A stretch of DNA of 63,190 nt, filler included, from Albugo candida (lineage: Eukaryota): assembly GCA_040437565.1 (NCBI GenBank). It is 46 parts of 46 records of this genome, joined end to end, with 100 filler letters (N's around TTAATTAATTAA, not from the genome) between each part and the next. Parts side by side here need not be neighbours in the genome. Positions count along the whole stretch, not along the records: positions 12,683 to 13,981 come from JBDOQK010000564.1; positions 14,082 to 15,379 come from JBDOQK010000565.1; positions 15,480 to 16,775 come from JBDOQK010000566.1; positions 16,876 to 18,169 come from JBDOQK010000567.1; positions 18,270 to 19,563 come from JBDOQK010000568.1; positions 19,664 to 20,954 come from JBDOQK010000569.1; positions 21,055 to 22,345 come from JBDOQK010000570.1; positions 22,446 to 23,735 come from JBDOQK010000571.1; 38 more parts are not named here. One strand, given 5' to 3'. Shown piece by piece: positions 13,416 through 26,243 of the stretch. The position numbers and the translations under genes were made by a program. The notes below the pieces were generated by a model. That model was not told the DNA's origin, searched no databases, and saw only the letters and a program-made list of their open reading frames with translations. Each line of letters begins with the position of its first letter. Positions within the stretch are counted from its first letter, which is position 1.

Positions 13416-13433
13416 CGGTTGGAGATGCTCTTA
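13416..13433. mobile_element. PIF/Harbinger (Tourist-type) terminal inverted repeat plus TTA target site
   Basis: CGGTTGGAGATGCTC|TTA; the reverse complement GAGCATCTCCAA is a typical Harbinger/Tourist terminus. Confidence 0.5.
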
Positions 13434-14081
13434 GAGATGAAAACTTGAATGATTTTATTTGAACATACACACCCAGGGAGTCTCATTAACTTATATGAAT
13501 ACTGTTTCGTCCTTAGCCAATAAACTTGCTTAAAAGTGCTGAGAAATAAAAAAAATCATTGAATCTGCGCTTAAACAAGTCAATAAAGTTAAAGGTGCGA
13601 CACCTTACCAAATAAGTGACATTTGATTACACAAAAAAAAAAGTGACCAAAAGGGAACCAAAAAAAAAGAAGACTTCTGGACTTTAATTCTACTTATGCG
13701 TTTTTTTTTCGATAAGTCTTTATCAAAATAAAACTATAAATTATAAGGAAGGTGTTCGAGCAATGTAGGTACTTAAAGTTTAAATATTAGATTGTGACAA
13801 ATAATAAGTTTTATTTATTTTAAAGATCTTTCTTTTCATGGGATATCGCCCACCAGAGTGTGCCAAACTTACTGGTGTTGATCAAATTGTATTGATTAAC
13901 TTTTCTAGAAATGTCGAGCATCTCAACAAATTGACCTTCAGAAGTACGAATGACCGAGCTTCTTTCAGTTTTCAAAAGAACNNNNNNNNNNNNNNNNNNN
14001 NNNNNNNNNNNNNNNNNNNNNNNNNTTAATTAATTAANNNNNNNNNNNNNNNNNNNNNNNNNNNNNNNNNNNNNNNNNNNN

Positions 14082-15060
14082 GCCAAAACGACTCAATGAG
14101 ATTGTGATGACGACAGTTCAAGATACGGGGCCAACAACTGATGTACAGAAGGGATCGCTGCACCATTTTCATTGTCGTCTGAAACAAATAGCTTACGATA
14201 CCGTGGAGCGTATGGTCAATGATCCTGATTATGGTATTGAACTTATTTATCACGTGCGTGCAAAATGTATCACGTGTGCTGAAGCCAAGGGCACCAGAAC
14301 TAAACAGCCCAAGAAAGACTCGGGTTCGAATGCACCAACGGACCGAATCGGTGGTGTGGTCTGTAGTGATCTAACAGGACGAATCACCCCAAAAGACCTT
14401 CGTGGAAACAGATATTTGGTCATGCTCATCGACGACAAGTCAAATTACGTGCGTGTATTTGCGGCACGGCAGAAAAATGCTGCAGTCAAGATGTCCGAGA
14501 ATTTTTGGCGTGGTTTGAGAACGAATTTAATTGCCGCATCCACGTCTTGCGCACTGACGGCGGAGGAGAATATGAAGTGGTCGGTCTTTTCTGCAAACAG
14601 ATAGGTGTACGACGTCAAGTAACAGTAACAGGTACTCCACAATCCAACGGGAAAGCTGAACGCATGAACCGTACCGTCTTTAACATCGTGCGATTCATGA
14701 TTTTGGTTCAGTTCTAGCGCTGATGTACTAGAGCGGTGCTGCAGAGTACGCTGCTTACATTCTCAGCCGGAGTCCGACTCAAGCAAATTTGAAGCGTGCG
14801 TCGCCGATTGAAGTACTCACCGGGGGGGCACCGAGTTTTCAGATTATCATTGTTCTTGGGTCCCCGTGTATGGTTTGGCGGGATCCTAAAAAGAAGACAC
14901 TTGTGCGTCATGCAGAGCAGGCACTGATCATGGTTATAAGCGAGGAAACGAAGGAATACAAGGTGTTGCTGATCACTTCTCAATTTGCCGGCTACTACGT
15001 AACCCGCCAAATTAGTACAAAACAACTCGAAAAACTACCTTTTTCAACTCTTTCCTCTCG
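14082..15060 (+). pseudogene. Ty1/Copia integrase (GAG-pre-integrase plus rve core), frameshifted
   Basis: HFHCRL..CITCAEAK; VCSDLTG; LRTDGGGEY; TPQSNGKAERMNRT; split over three frames with a stop; oomycete-like sequence style. Confidence 0.92.
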
Positions 15061-15767
15061 AAAACAATGGTCCAAGTCGACATATCGACACAACCAAGGG
15101 TGCTAGCGTCCACTTGTAGTGACGTGGCAACCCTCATGAGTCACCCTGTTTTGGGTGATTGCATGATTGTTGATGAGTCATCACCCCTATGTGATGACGT
15201 GGACAGTACCCCCACCCCCAGTGTGACGGTACAGGGTAATACCGGTACCACCAGTGTAGGATGTGGTACCGGTGGTACATGTGGTACTGTCGTTGCTTCA
15301 TCACAGGGTGACTCAAAGGCAACTGCAAGTGTGGACGACACTAAAAGTCCCACTTTGGCTGACTTTATCAAGTCACAGGNNNNNNNNNNNNNNNNNNNNN
15401 NNNNNNNNNNNNNNNNNNNNNNNTTAATTAATTAANNNNNNNNNNNNNNNNNNNNNNNNNNNNNNNNNNNNNNNNNNNNGAAAGAACTAGCACCAATTAC
15501 ATAAAGTAAAGATGAGAACAACAACGTGCACAGCAACAGTCAACAGCAAGATTAGCAACAGTAGTAATAAAACCTCTTTTTCTTACTATGCATTTGCATT
15601 CACTTTTTTTTGAAATGCTTAACTTGGGGCAGAAAAAAAACGACTCGATACAAAAAGAAGGTTTGTCTTTTTGAATAGAGGTAAATACCTGTTATATATT
15701 AGTTCCTTTATACAAATTTCATTTTTTAATTTCAAAGCAGTATATATAGGAAATTATTTTCTTTTTT

Positions 15768-16312
15768 TACCAAGCTGTGCTTACTTGGTGGCGGAAATTA
15801 TAGTATTTGGAATTCTCAAAAACCTTTATCAACTTTTGAAGGAAAAGTAGCTTCAACTACTAAAAAAAAAGACGAGTTGATAACGCATTTTTTGGTGATG
15901 TAAGAAAACGATGTACATCTTGAGTTAATCCAATATTAATATTTTTTTTTTTAAATAGGGTAAAAATTGAAAGTGCGTTGAAATTGATTTTTTTTTTTAC
16001 CAAGCTGTGTCTACTTGGTGAAAGAAATTGTAGTAATTGAAATTTTCAAAAAACAGTATCGGCTTCTGGAGGAAAAGTAGCTTCAACTACTACAAAAAAA
16101 GACGAGTTGATCCAACAATTTGTCGAATTTCCAGAGAAGGTTATCCATCATGTATTAAATTAAACCCAGTGCCACCAAAATTAAAAAAAATATATTTATA
16201 CCAAGACGTGTGCATTTAGTAGATCAAGTTGTAGTTATTGAAATCCTCAAAAAACCATGTACACTTCTGAAGGAAAAGTAGCTTCACCTGTTAGAAAAAA
16301 AGACAAATTGAT
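15768..16312 (+). repeat. Three diverged ~113-bp direct repeats
   Basis: TACCAAG...GGAAAAGTAGCTTCA...AAAAGAC(G/A)(A/G)..TTGAT at 15768, 15998 and 16199. Confidence 0.85.
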
Positions 16313-16439
16313 ATGGCCAGTTTTCGATTTTATAGAGCACTTCCAGATATATATGGGTGAATTTTACTGCAGAAAAATTCATGATCAATGTATGACCTCT
16401 TTTTTTGGTGGATAAAGACAAGTTTGGATAAAAAAACAA

Positions 16440-16760
16440 TAGAATTTATTGATAAAGTAGATACTCGTGGATCCAATGATGAAGAGTATATAGATATATC
16501 TATTTTTTACGTTGTTCAACAAGAATATCAAAATCAATCCACCACTCTAAAAATGCTCTGATTCAGTTTTATGCAAACAAAGCACTAGACATCACAAAAT
16601 AAAGCATTGTATGCTTTTAGTAGACATAGATCAACTGCAAAGGAAGTTTTTTAAAAAAAAGTGTTAATTTGATTGACTTGTTACATATTTTGAAGAGGCT
16701 GTATGTTATGCTGAAGACTGGAGAGATAATCAATTTGTATTAAATCAACTGTTGGGCGAT
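16440..16760 (+). repeat. Dispersed repeat or decayed gene, homologous to 60760-61040
   Basis: ACAAGAATATCAAAATCAAT(C/T)CACCACTCTAAAAATGCT(C/T)TGATTCA and flanks are shared between two contigs. Confidence 0.8.
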
Positions 16761-17942
16761 AATATACTTTTACTANNNNNNNNNNNNNNNNNNNNNNNNN
16801 NNNNNNNNNNNNNNNNNNNTTAATTAATTAANNNNNNNNNNNNNNNNNNNNNNNNNNNNNNNNNNNNNNNNNNNNATAGGGAAAGTAGAAGGAGGGATAA
16901 GGATGGATCAAATATGAGATCGAGAAAAAAGAAGTTTCTGTTTTGTGTAAAAGACTTTTCGAATGCTATTGTCTGATGGCTAGATTTGTAATATCCCAGG
17001 ATAGGGATGCGATTCGAACGAAGTAATTACAAATATGATCTATTCGAAAATGGGTAGCACGTGCTCTATGACTTTGTGTAATGTTCTAGATCGTAAAAGA
17101 GATTCAAAAAAGATATAGCGAGGAGCAAAGTTTTGTAGTTCTTCTCCCGTTTTGCGTTGAAAATGTCGAAAAAGCTATATACATTGCGTATTGACTTAAC
17201 TGAATGGCATAACACTTTTGCGTGCGATACTTGAAGCTGATAGAAGAAAGGAGAAGATCGTAATTCGCATGCTGCCTCTGTAGAAAGGAAAGCCCTTTAC
17301 AGGTGACATTTATAGGGATAGGATGTCAAGGTATGATTTCTTTTTGAGGCTTAGAGGGTGTAAAGCTTTGGTAAGTAATTGCTAAATGATTCGATAGGCA
17401 GATATTTTTGTATCTATAGCTGCGGAATTTGAGAACGCAAATGCAATGTATAATTCATTTTGTATATGCGGAATGACATGTGATGTGTCGTCCTTCAGAG
17501 TGTCTGTGTAAAAGAGTACTTATAAGTGGAAGGTAATGCGTCCGAAGAGTGTCAATCACAGCTGCGACTCGCCTCCAAATAAGTTGATGCTAAAAAAGAA
17601 ATGCATTCTGTTGTATGAGTCGGAGAGTCTGATAATAATTTTATAGGTCGTACAACAAAATGTGTGCATTTGCTTAGGGAAGCTGTTTAACTCCAAATGA
17701 CAGAAAAACTGCATTCACTTTCATCCGAAAACAATATTTAATCAATGTGACATGCGATACGGAAAATGTAATAGCACACAGCTACAAATTATCGCATCAA
17801 AAGTCTTTCGTCAACGCCGAATACTTGTTAGCGAGTCATTAACCAAGCCTAAGAAATGTCCTTTTATTGTGGTTGATGCATGTTAGATTACTAACTACAG
17901 TACATGTAATATTAGAATCTCCAGCATGACCGTTCGTGTCCA

Positions 17943-18169
17943 ATGTGGTCTACACCATCATCAACACTCAGAACCACTAAAGCTGTTAGCAATATACGCA
18001 CGGCATGGTCGAAACTTGAGCAGCAATGGACGGCTTTAGAGCGTGAAACGCTCTCTTTGATAGAAGCATTCCAAAATGGACATCAAAATCTCACAGCTGC
18101 ATTGAAGAACAGTCAAAAGGAAACTTCTACAGAGACCAAACTCGTTCAAGACCTCTATGAGCGCATTCC
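17943..18169 (+). CDS. Possible N-terminus of a coiled-coil protein
   Basis: ATG-initiated ORF open to the contig end with heptad-like LEQQWTALERETLSL; no family recognised. Confidence 0.3.
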
Positions 18170-21100
18170 NNNNNNNNNNNNNNNNNNNNNNNNNNNNNNN
18201 NNNNNNNNNNNNNTTAATTAATTAANNNNNNNNNNNNNNNNNNNNNNNNNNNNNNNNNNNNNNNNNNNNGGCTTCATTTACTGTTTGATCTTTGTTCTTG
18301 TGTATGGCACTCCAATTTTTGTCTTGTGTGACAATGAGATGTTCACTAACTTCCTCCGCAGTAAGCATGTTTGTATGCAAAAAGGATATAAAAGCTTTTG
18401 ACTGGCAAGTTATGATCGAGCGATCGATCATTTCGACCGCGTCAGATATTGTGCGACGTTACTAAAATTTTGAGGCAAAAAATCGAAATGGGATAGTGTA
18501 GTGTTATGCAGAACGGTGGCACAGGCTTTTCTGGATTATTAAGAAAAACAGCCCCAAGTATGACAAACTAAGTTGTATAAAATAATTAGTATTTTTGCCT
18601 CTTGCAAATTCATCGCCGTGCGCTTCTAGGAGCTATTTCCTGTGTACACAGTACCCTTAATGATGGATACAATACATCCCACTTGCTGAGTTCCAGTTTC
18701 ACATGATATACAAGTACTCTTCAATGCAGTAATGTATTTGAAGATGGTAAAGCGTCGTGCCCATAATCTGCGGCTACTTGATATGTTCGATCATCTGATC
18801 ATGTCGTTAATATCATGCGTCTTCTAAGTATCGGTGAGTTTCTTCCGATGCTTAAATTACGCATGAGGCTTCAACTTTCTTCGCAGCGCAATATCTGGTC
18901 TTGAACCGCTTTTTATTTTAAAAAAAACACTCGAATCCATATGGATTATTTTTTCCACCACGTCTTCTAGCTCGGTCATTATTTTTTTCGGAGCTCGTGA
19001 TTAATCAGTATTGATTATCCCACGCTTAGCCATCTCGCTGGCACGTGCCTGAGACATATTGGGTGTCACCACCGGAGCCTTATACAACTCTATTACTTCT
19101 CTCTCAAGCGATTAAGTGATGTTCGACTCAAGTGCACGATGAACTACGACTGTGTCGACGCCATCGCATTACTGATTTCATCGATTTTGTTTGTACGGGC
19201 TGTAAGAATCTTGCTTGAGACACATCTATAGCCGTTCGCATTAGATACCTCCAGTGACAACGCGCCAACGCGCTTTATGGTGGTCAGTTTGCATACCTGC
19301 TTGATGATATTTTTTTGGTTGTCTTAGCGTTTCGTCTTGATTTTTCGAAAAGTCGCGCTGAGACTTTATGAATGATACTTGAGTCGTACTGAGAATATGA
19401 TTGATGAACGTCAACACTGGATATCGAGAGGACTGGTAACTTTCACTCGAAAGAAGACCATATGTCGACAGAAATGACTTCTAGTTGTTTTCTAAATTAC
19501 TGATCAATCCTAATATCGAGGTTTGGAAAAAGTAGGAATTGTTCTGCCTTTTGCTTGCCGTTANNNNNNNNNNNNNNNNNNNNNNNNNNNNNNNNNNNNN
19601 NNNNNNNTTAATTAATTAANNNNNNNNNNNNNNNNNNNNNNNNNNNNNNNNNNNNNNNNNNNNCACAAATCCAATAACTGCATAGCCCATACATAATATG
19701 AGCATTGTTGCAATTTTTGATATTGATTCTTCTTGCCTCAGCTCTCCAAATTCCCAAGCCATAGGCACTTTTTCATGCTATCGAGAACCAGAACATAAAA
19801 TTCCAACGTGTAATGAGAATTGATAAAATTTGAGATCATCTCTTTTCATTTCAAATCTCCTATGTTTTGAAAAGAGGGTAAGATGCATTTCAAAATAACG
19901 AATTAAATATGAGGACTTGCTGCGGACACATCCTATTTTTGCTACGAACACCCCCCCTAGAATAGAAATTACAAACATAGCCCTACTTTTTGACCGTCAA
20001 TCAAGTAAGTTTAAGAATTTATCTCGCCTGTTACACCTCCAGTCTTCCAACCACTCGGTCCACCACAGCTGGTGCCATGTTCTCAGCTGCAATTTACTAC
20101 ATAATCCACTACTCATTCCACTCTGTCCATTACATCCACCTTGCCCACCGCTCTCTCTCCTGCTGCTCTTCACGCATCAAGTTGCGTTTATTTGCTTGCA
20201 TATACTGCACCTCTAGATTTGGTGAAAAATATATCATTTAAATCTCGAATCGCTATTGATGAGGGAGTAAAACGACATGCACTATTCAATCGGTTGAATA
20301 TAACCATCGCCCTTTCAAAAGACAATGCTGTTCACTGGAGATGCGACCTGGTTGGTGTTTACAAAAAATAATTGGAGATTAACTGAAGATACCCGTCAGC
20401 GGATATCTTCTAGCCATCAACAGGGTTGTCCCTTTCGCTGAGTTGCTTGACTAAAACAAGGGATTTGCTTATTTGATGACGATCGCTGGAGCACAACGAT
20501 GAGATTCCTGCTCACCTCAGTGGCCATTCAGGTGCCATAAAATTATCATCGCTCCATCTGCAACAAATAGCTGTAATGTCAATGAGAAAGTGCCCACTAA
20601 GAGAAATTGCAGCTGTCTTGAGGAAGGTGCCGGCTGAGGCCCTCAAGTCGCGGTCATAAGAAAGGACATTAGCAGCAACAAAGCTTCTATAATTGCAAAA
20701 AGCAAGTGCATGGTAATTCTTGTGGCACTTCTACATCCTACTCATTTGTGAAGCTACGCAAGGGAGGGATATTGGTGGAGGCGCACCACCAGCTTATAAA
20801 TCTAGAACTAATATGCCGCGTAAATCAGCGAAGAGCGCAAATTGAAGAAAGGCAATTGTTCCTGGATTTTCTTTTTCTCTGAAAATGACTACCTGCTAGG
20901 CTAATCTAACTTTAAATCAAAAAGTGTAGCTTTTCTTATGGTGCTACTGCCGCCNNNNNNNNNNNNNNNNNNNNNNNNNNNNNNNNNNNNNNNNNNNNTT
21001 AATTAATTAANNNNNNNNNNNNNNNNNNNNNNNNNNNNNNNNNNNNNNNNNNNNATGCGCAAAAATTGACTGCGTCAACAATACAATCGCACAACTTTGG

Positions 21101-21258
21101 TGCACAAGCATTGGTCCATAGTCACTTGTACCTAGTCCCTATCCCCTTTCGAATTTTTATTGGTGCTCAGATATGCGGCAGCCTGTCTTACTTTTGAATT
21201 GTGTGGTGTAGCGGAACCGATGAATTTGAACTCATTTTCAAATTTACGAGCTGGTAGA

Positions 21259-22095
21259 ATGCTAGCGGGAAAAAGACTCGTTTGGCTTTTTTTGGCATTC
21301 CATTATTCGAATGCGTCAACATTCAATCTCAAACTCTGTCTGTTCCCGGAACCGGCACTTCATTTGGTGGTAATGGTACCAGAAAGAAGAAAGGATTCAT
21401 CTAGAGACTCTTCCGGAGGCACTAGACTTAGCTTGACTGAAGAGGACGCAATCTTATTGCAAAACAGCGACAACGTGGGTAGTTTCAATTATCATGCGTT
21501 GAGCTTCCCAGCGATCATGACTTACTTGGATGAGAAACCTCCACGTGCAGCTGTCATTATACGCTGGTTTAGACAATCTCCCGAGCCTGTAATGGAAATT
21601 CTTCAACACCCTCCTAGGCGCCTAGTCTCAAGAATGTCGCTCCCAATGCACTCGACCCTGAAGACAAAGTTATACATCCGTTTGAAACTATCGTTGAACG
21701 GAGGTGGCGATGTCAATGAAAATTCCATAAATGCAAAAGTCCTACTGTACTTTGGAAATGCTCACAGTCAGTTCCCAGAGGCGGCATATGAACAATTCAA
21801 GAATTCAATCCCTGAAGGCCTCGTCGATTCATCAACTGATGAAATCGACTGCAATGAAATGTCCAGATTAGAGCTTCCGACATTCAGGTTCAGCACAGAT
21901 TCTGGTCAGGAAGTCTTCACACTATCAAACTCAAATTATTTTTTGCGTTTACCCCAGGACGGTAAGTGCTTTTTGGCTGTTAAACGCAATGCTAACTCCA
22001 TGTGGGTCATTGGCGCTGCACTTACCAAGACTTACGAGACCATGCTCATGAAAGACGACGAAAGGGGACATGATATGTTTTTCTTTAGACATTAA
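21259..22095 (+). CDS. Secreted pepsin-fold (A1-like) protein lacking catalytic Asp motifs
   Basis: Signal-like MLAGKRLVWLFLAFHYSNA; C-lobe pattern IDC..LPTFRF..FTLSNSNYF..KCFLAV..WVIGAALTKTY; LLYFGNA in place of IxDSGT; intronless. Confidence 0.7.
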   Translation: MLAGKRLVWLFLAFHYSNASTFNLKLCLFPEPALHLVVMVPERRKDSSRDSSGGTRLSLTEEDAILLQNSDNVGSFNYHALSFPAIMTYLDEKPPRAAVIIRWFRQSPEPVMEILQHPPRRLVSRMSLPMHSTLKTKLYIRLKLSLNGGGDVNENSINAKVLLYFGNAHSQFPEAAYEQFKNSIPEGLVDSSTDEIDCNEMSRLELPTFRFSTDSGQEVFTLSNSNYFLRLPQDGKCFLAVKRNANSMWVIGAALTKTYETMLMKDDERGHDMFFFRH

Positions 22096-22466
22096 TTTCT
22101 CCCTCTAACCACGAAATATGAAATAAACGAGCTTTGATTTTTCTTTTTTTGGACAAGGCTTCACCTTGGTACCCATGGTATAATGTAATTTTTCGTGTGG
22201 AGCCACTTTGTAGTCGAGTATAGTAAAAATTTAATGTAGAGGCTAACTTGAATCTTGACTGCAGACTGCTTGATATTACTTTGTAGTCAATTTACTAATT
22301 TACTTATCATCCATCAGCGTATACGCTCAGTAGATATGGAAAGATNNNNNNNNNNNNNNNNNNNNNNNNNNNNNNNNNNNNNNNNNNNNTTAATTAATTA
22401 ANNNNNNNNNNNNNNNNNNNNNNNNNNNNNNNNNNNNNNNNNNNNGATTCGTGCTTGCGATTTTGT

Positions 22467-23420
22467 CTAAAGGTTTTGTATGTCCTCTTGAGTTAGTATG
22501 CATCGATTCTCGATCGCACTGCTTCGATCGATCGCACATTGTGGTTGAATCTTATCGATGCCAATAGAGGGGCAGTGCGCTTCACCACTAGCGACTCTCA
22601 AGATGTCGACGTAGAATTGATTGCTGATGGAATAGTTTCTCCATACAAAATGGAACGTTTCAAGCAGACGTTGTACATCTGGTTGAGATTTTGTCGTTCT
22701 TCGTTGCCAAGAGGAAGGAGAGTATAACTGACCTTGTAGCATTTTAACCATTGTAGTCCAGCGAGAAACGTAATCAACTGGAGCCTCTCGCCACTAAGCA
22801 AATGTTTCAACGTGAAGTGTCATTCTTGTACAAATCAGTACTACAGCCGCAATTTCCAAGCTTCAAGCAGCTTCCATCCTTTCACATTGCCCATACCATT
22901 TACGCACGTGATCGCGATAGTGCATGAGCAGTATTGCGCTCCATCACAAAGCCGTGAACGGGAGTATTTATTGACGCGTAATAGCTTATTTCTTGCATAT
23001 CAACTTTGTATCCTGCTAATGTCGTATTGCTTATCCTTTGCATTGAGAACAAGACTCAATTTCGCATAATCCCTTACAGTACGCTTTTTTCGGTACATCG
23101 TCCTTCAAACTACGAGGTTTAGTGTTTTTTCACATCCTGATAGTGTTGAAAGGATTCGTTTCTTTGATGGCGAAGCGTTTTCTTCTGGCTACCGTCATAG
23201 CTGCGACGCACCATATCTCTTATGTATTGGATTCTGTAAAGGTCTCTTCGTCAGTTGCATATACGAGTCGATATGACCTGTTTCGACTGCATTGTTGATA
23301 GGAAAAGAATGTAAGTCTTGATGATTCGTCTTTGCTTTCCACGTGTGCATAGAATTCACTCCTCCAAATGTGCGACGTTCACCACTATCCATTATCCATC
23401 TTTCAATATCGCTACTTTAT
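22467..23420 (-). pseudogene. Decayed hAT-family transposase
   Basis: In correct order on the minus strand: KVAILKDG* (about 23395-23418, cf. xTxDGW), CEKTLNLVV (23108-23134, cf. CxxHxLNLVV), DYVSRWTTMVKML (about 22737-22775, cf. DVxTRWNSTxxML); many stops. Confidence 0.55.
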
Positions 23421-23889
23421 TTTTCAATCTGATTCTGTGTTCTTGTCCAAATACTTCAATCGTTGCACAAGCTTTTACATGTTATACAGTTCTGCTAAAT
23501 TGCCGATGGTACTCAATATAAATAAGCTAGAATGCTTGCACTCGGACAGATTCTTCACCTTGTACAAAGACTTTCATGCATCATCTTTACAAGAAATATA
23601 ACGTTTTTGTAGCATGCGAAATAGGCTTCCACTAAGAATATCTACGCTATTCCGATCTTGCGCTAGAGAATTACCTACATAGCAATCCTTCGTAGTAAGA
23701 AAGATTCATTAATGAATGGAGTTGACGAATCTAATNNNNNNNNNNNNNNNNNNNNNNNNNNNNNNNNNNNNNNNNNNNNTTAATTAATTAANNNNNNNNN
23801 NNNNNNNNNNNNNNNNNNNNNNNNNNNNNNNNNNNCATGGACCCTTTGATCGTAATTGTAAATAAGGAAGAAATATAGGCCAGAGTTGT

Positions 23890-25122
23890 AATTTGATAAC
23901 TAGGAGCCTTTGTGCTGGAGTTTATTACAAAGCCGAGTGGACTTTTATCAGGAATCTTAGGAAAAAGTGTGGGAGCCCGGTAAGGATTTGGGGAAACGGG
24001 TGGGATTTTATTTTTAGAAGCCTCAAGAAAACATGAAGGGCTTTATAGGGAAACCAAGGGAATCAGGAGTCGGAATCGGGCAATTCTCAGCAAGTATCCG
24101 TTGAGGAAGCCTTATCTTTCCGCTCGAGCCATACTATCACCTATGTATCAGTCTCGTCTCTTTCATTGTCAAGAATTCCCCTTCATGCAACCAAGATTGA
24201 GCAAAGCAGTACTAACGTCATGTTCCGTTTTCTGCCAACGATTTCTGACCTGGTTAGGGTTTGGCCGGACTTTGTGCAGAGCCAATGAAATTATAGGTTT
24301 CTTGTAGGATCGATCACCCTCGAAAGTATCACTCTCTCAATCTCCGTCTTAGCTATCCTTGTGATTAAGACTACCCATTTCTAGATTTGCTCTCGACTAA
24401 ACATCTCAGATTGGACGAGTTGAGAAGAATGAATCATATTGCTGTTCAATTGATGGGGATCACCGTATTCATGATGATCAATTCGAGTCGGCAGATGGAT
24501 AAGGAAGGTCAAGTGTCTAGGAAGAGGCTCTCCAAAGACACATACTACAATGAGTTGAATCCGGGAAAAATACGTGTAGATCTTTTAGCTCGCACTGATA
24601 TCAACCATCCCGGTATTGTAGCGGCATCAACACCGAATTCTGATATGATGGCCACTGTTTTTATTCATCCATCATTATAGAAAAGCTCAAAGATGAAGAG
24701 CAAGCGGTAGCGTTGTGGCATTTATCCCAGTATGATAAAGCTGTGAGAGACAGTAAGAGCAATACTTACAGTTCTTGTCTATATAGTAACGTTGTTCTCG
24801 CGTGTGTGCTAACGTAGGAGAACCGCCCGAAGTAAGCAGCATTCCTCTTAAACGAGTAAAAGAAATACTCGAGTCATCGAGTCCGGGATCCCCAGATCCA
24901 TGCGTTAGTGACGAGGACTACGATCTCGGTGAGTTGCTGCGGAATAAGTCATTTGTCCCTATAATTGACGAACAATACCCACATAGCAATATTACACATG
25001 ATGATACTTGAGAAAGTGACAAATCCACATGACCCGTGGAATAAAGAGAATTTAACGATCGGGAACATACTTGAAGTATTACATCAGGCTAGAAAAAATG
25101 GACTGAGTATAGTGAATGGGAA
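23890..25122 (+). pseudogene. Decayed intronless coding region of unknown family
   Basis: Series of 60-100-codon open stretches on the plus strand broken by single stops or frameshifts. Confidence 0.25.
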
Positions 25123-25967
25123 NNNNNNNNNNNNNNNNNNNNNNNNNNNNNNNNNNNNNNNNNNNNTTAATTAATTAANNNNNNNNNNNNNNNNNNNNNN
25201 NNNNNNNNNNNNNNNNNNNNNNTAAATTATAAAAGAGCGCGCTTTCCCTTTTTTTTTTTTTACCAAAAAAAAAAAAAAAAAAATCTGGAACATGCGGTTT
25301 CAAGTTTACCAAGATCTTGGTTTCCCACTAAAATTTTAAATTCAATTCCTTTCAAATAGAATGTTCTCTATGCACGATATAAAAGATAGCGCAATCATAT
25401 AACTCGTTGCCATTGGGTTAACAAATAATACAAGCGGCGGTTTTCATTTATAAACTGATAGATAGCTACATACAATTGGCTCTTTACACAATAACGTCAT
25501 TTTTGTATTTGTCTCTTATTGGCTTTCTGTAAAACATACGTCATTTTTATATTTATCATTATTCTGTTTAAACGATTATCCGGATTTTATATTCGTCTCT
25601 CATTGGCTTTACTAAAAAGGAATTAATTGATCTTCAAATCGGTCGTTTTTTATTGGATGGTCAAATGATCGACAGGTTATGCCAAAAAAAAAAAACAGAT
25701 GGATATTTTGGATTATAAAAAATGATTTATTATATTTATTGAATTTAATATATTGTTACTAATACTAATTTATTGAATAAAACTGATGTATCTAAATAGC
25801 GATATAAACATATGTCATCCAGTGTTTATTTTCATTAACAAAGGAGTTACAATATAATTTATTGCACATACCCACACACACACACACACGCACATCTGTA
25901 TGTATATACATATAACCACACATCAATACACTTACTTACTTTGATCCCCAATAGTAAAATACTATTT

Positions 25968-26243
25968 ACCTCATCCACATGAACTTACCAATATAACAAT
26001 TGAAATGAAGAGTACCAACAACAGATAGAAGCAAATAAAGAGAAGTACTTGGATTATTTCTAAATGAACAAGATAAGTATTAATAAATGAAATGATTATA
26101 GCAGAAGAAGATTTAGTCATACATACCAAGTTATATTTGACGTTCAACATACAAAGATTAAGTACTAAAAATAAAAGATGTTAATATATATTTAAATAAC
26201 AAGTATCCTTTATACCAACGACATATACCATCTTCCTTGCAAT
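25968..26243 (-). CDS. Short exons of an intron-rich small membrane-protein gene
   Basis: AG/GT-bounded exons reading CKEDGICR, LNLCMLNVKYN and IIQVLLFICFYLLLVLFISIVY, with GTATGT and GTAAGT donors. Confidence 0.35.

Noticed and set aside
15768-16312. CRISPR array
   Set aside because: Repeats are ~113 bp and diverged, the context is eukaryotic, and there are no cas genes.
18270-18600. Tc1/IS630 transposase relic (QDKNWSAIHK, WGCFS)
   Set aside because: The motifs are too short and degenerate to support a call.
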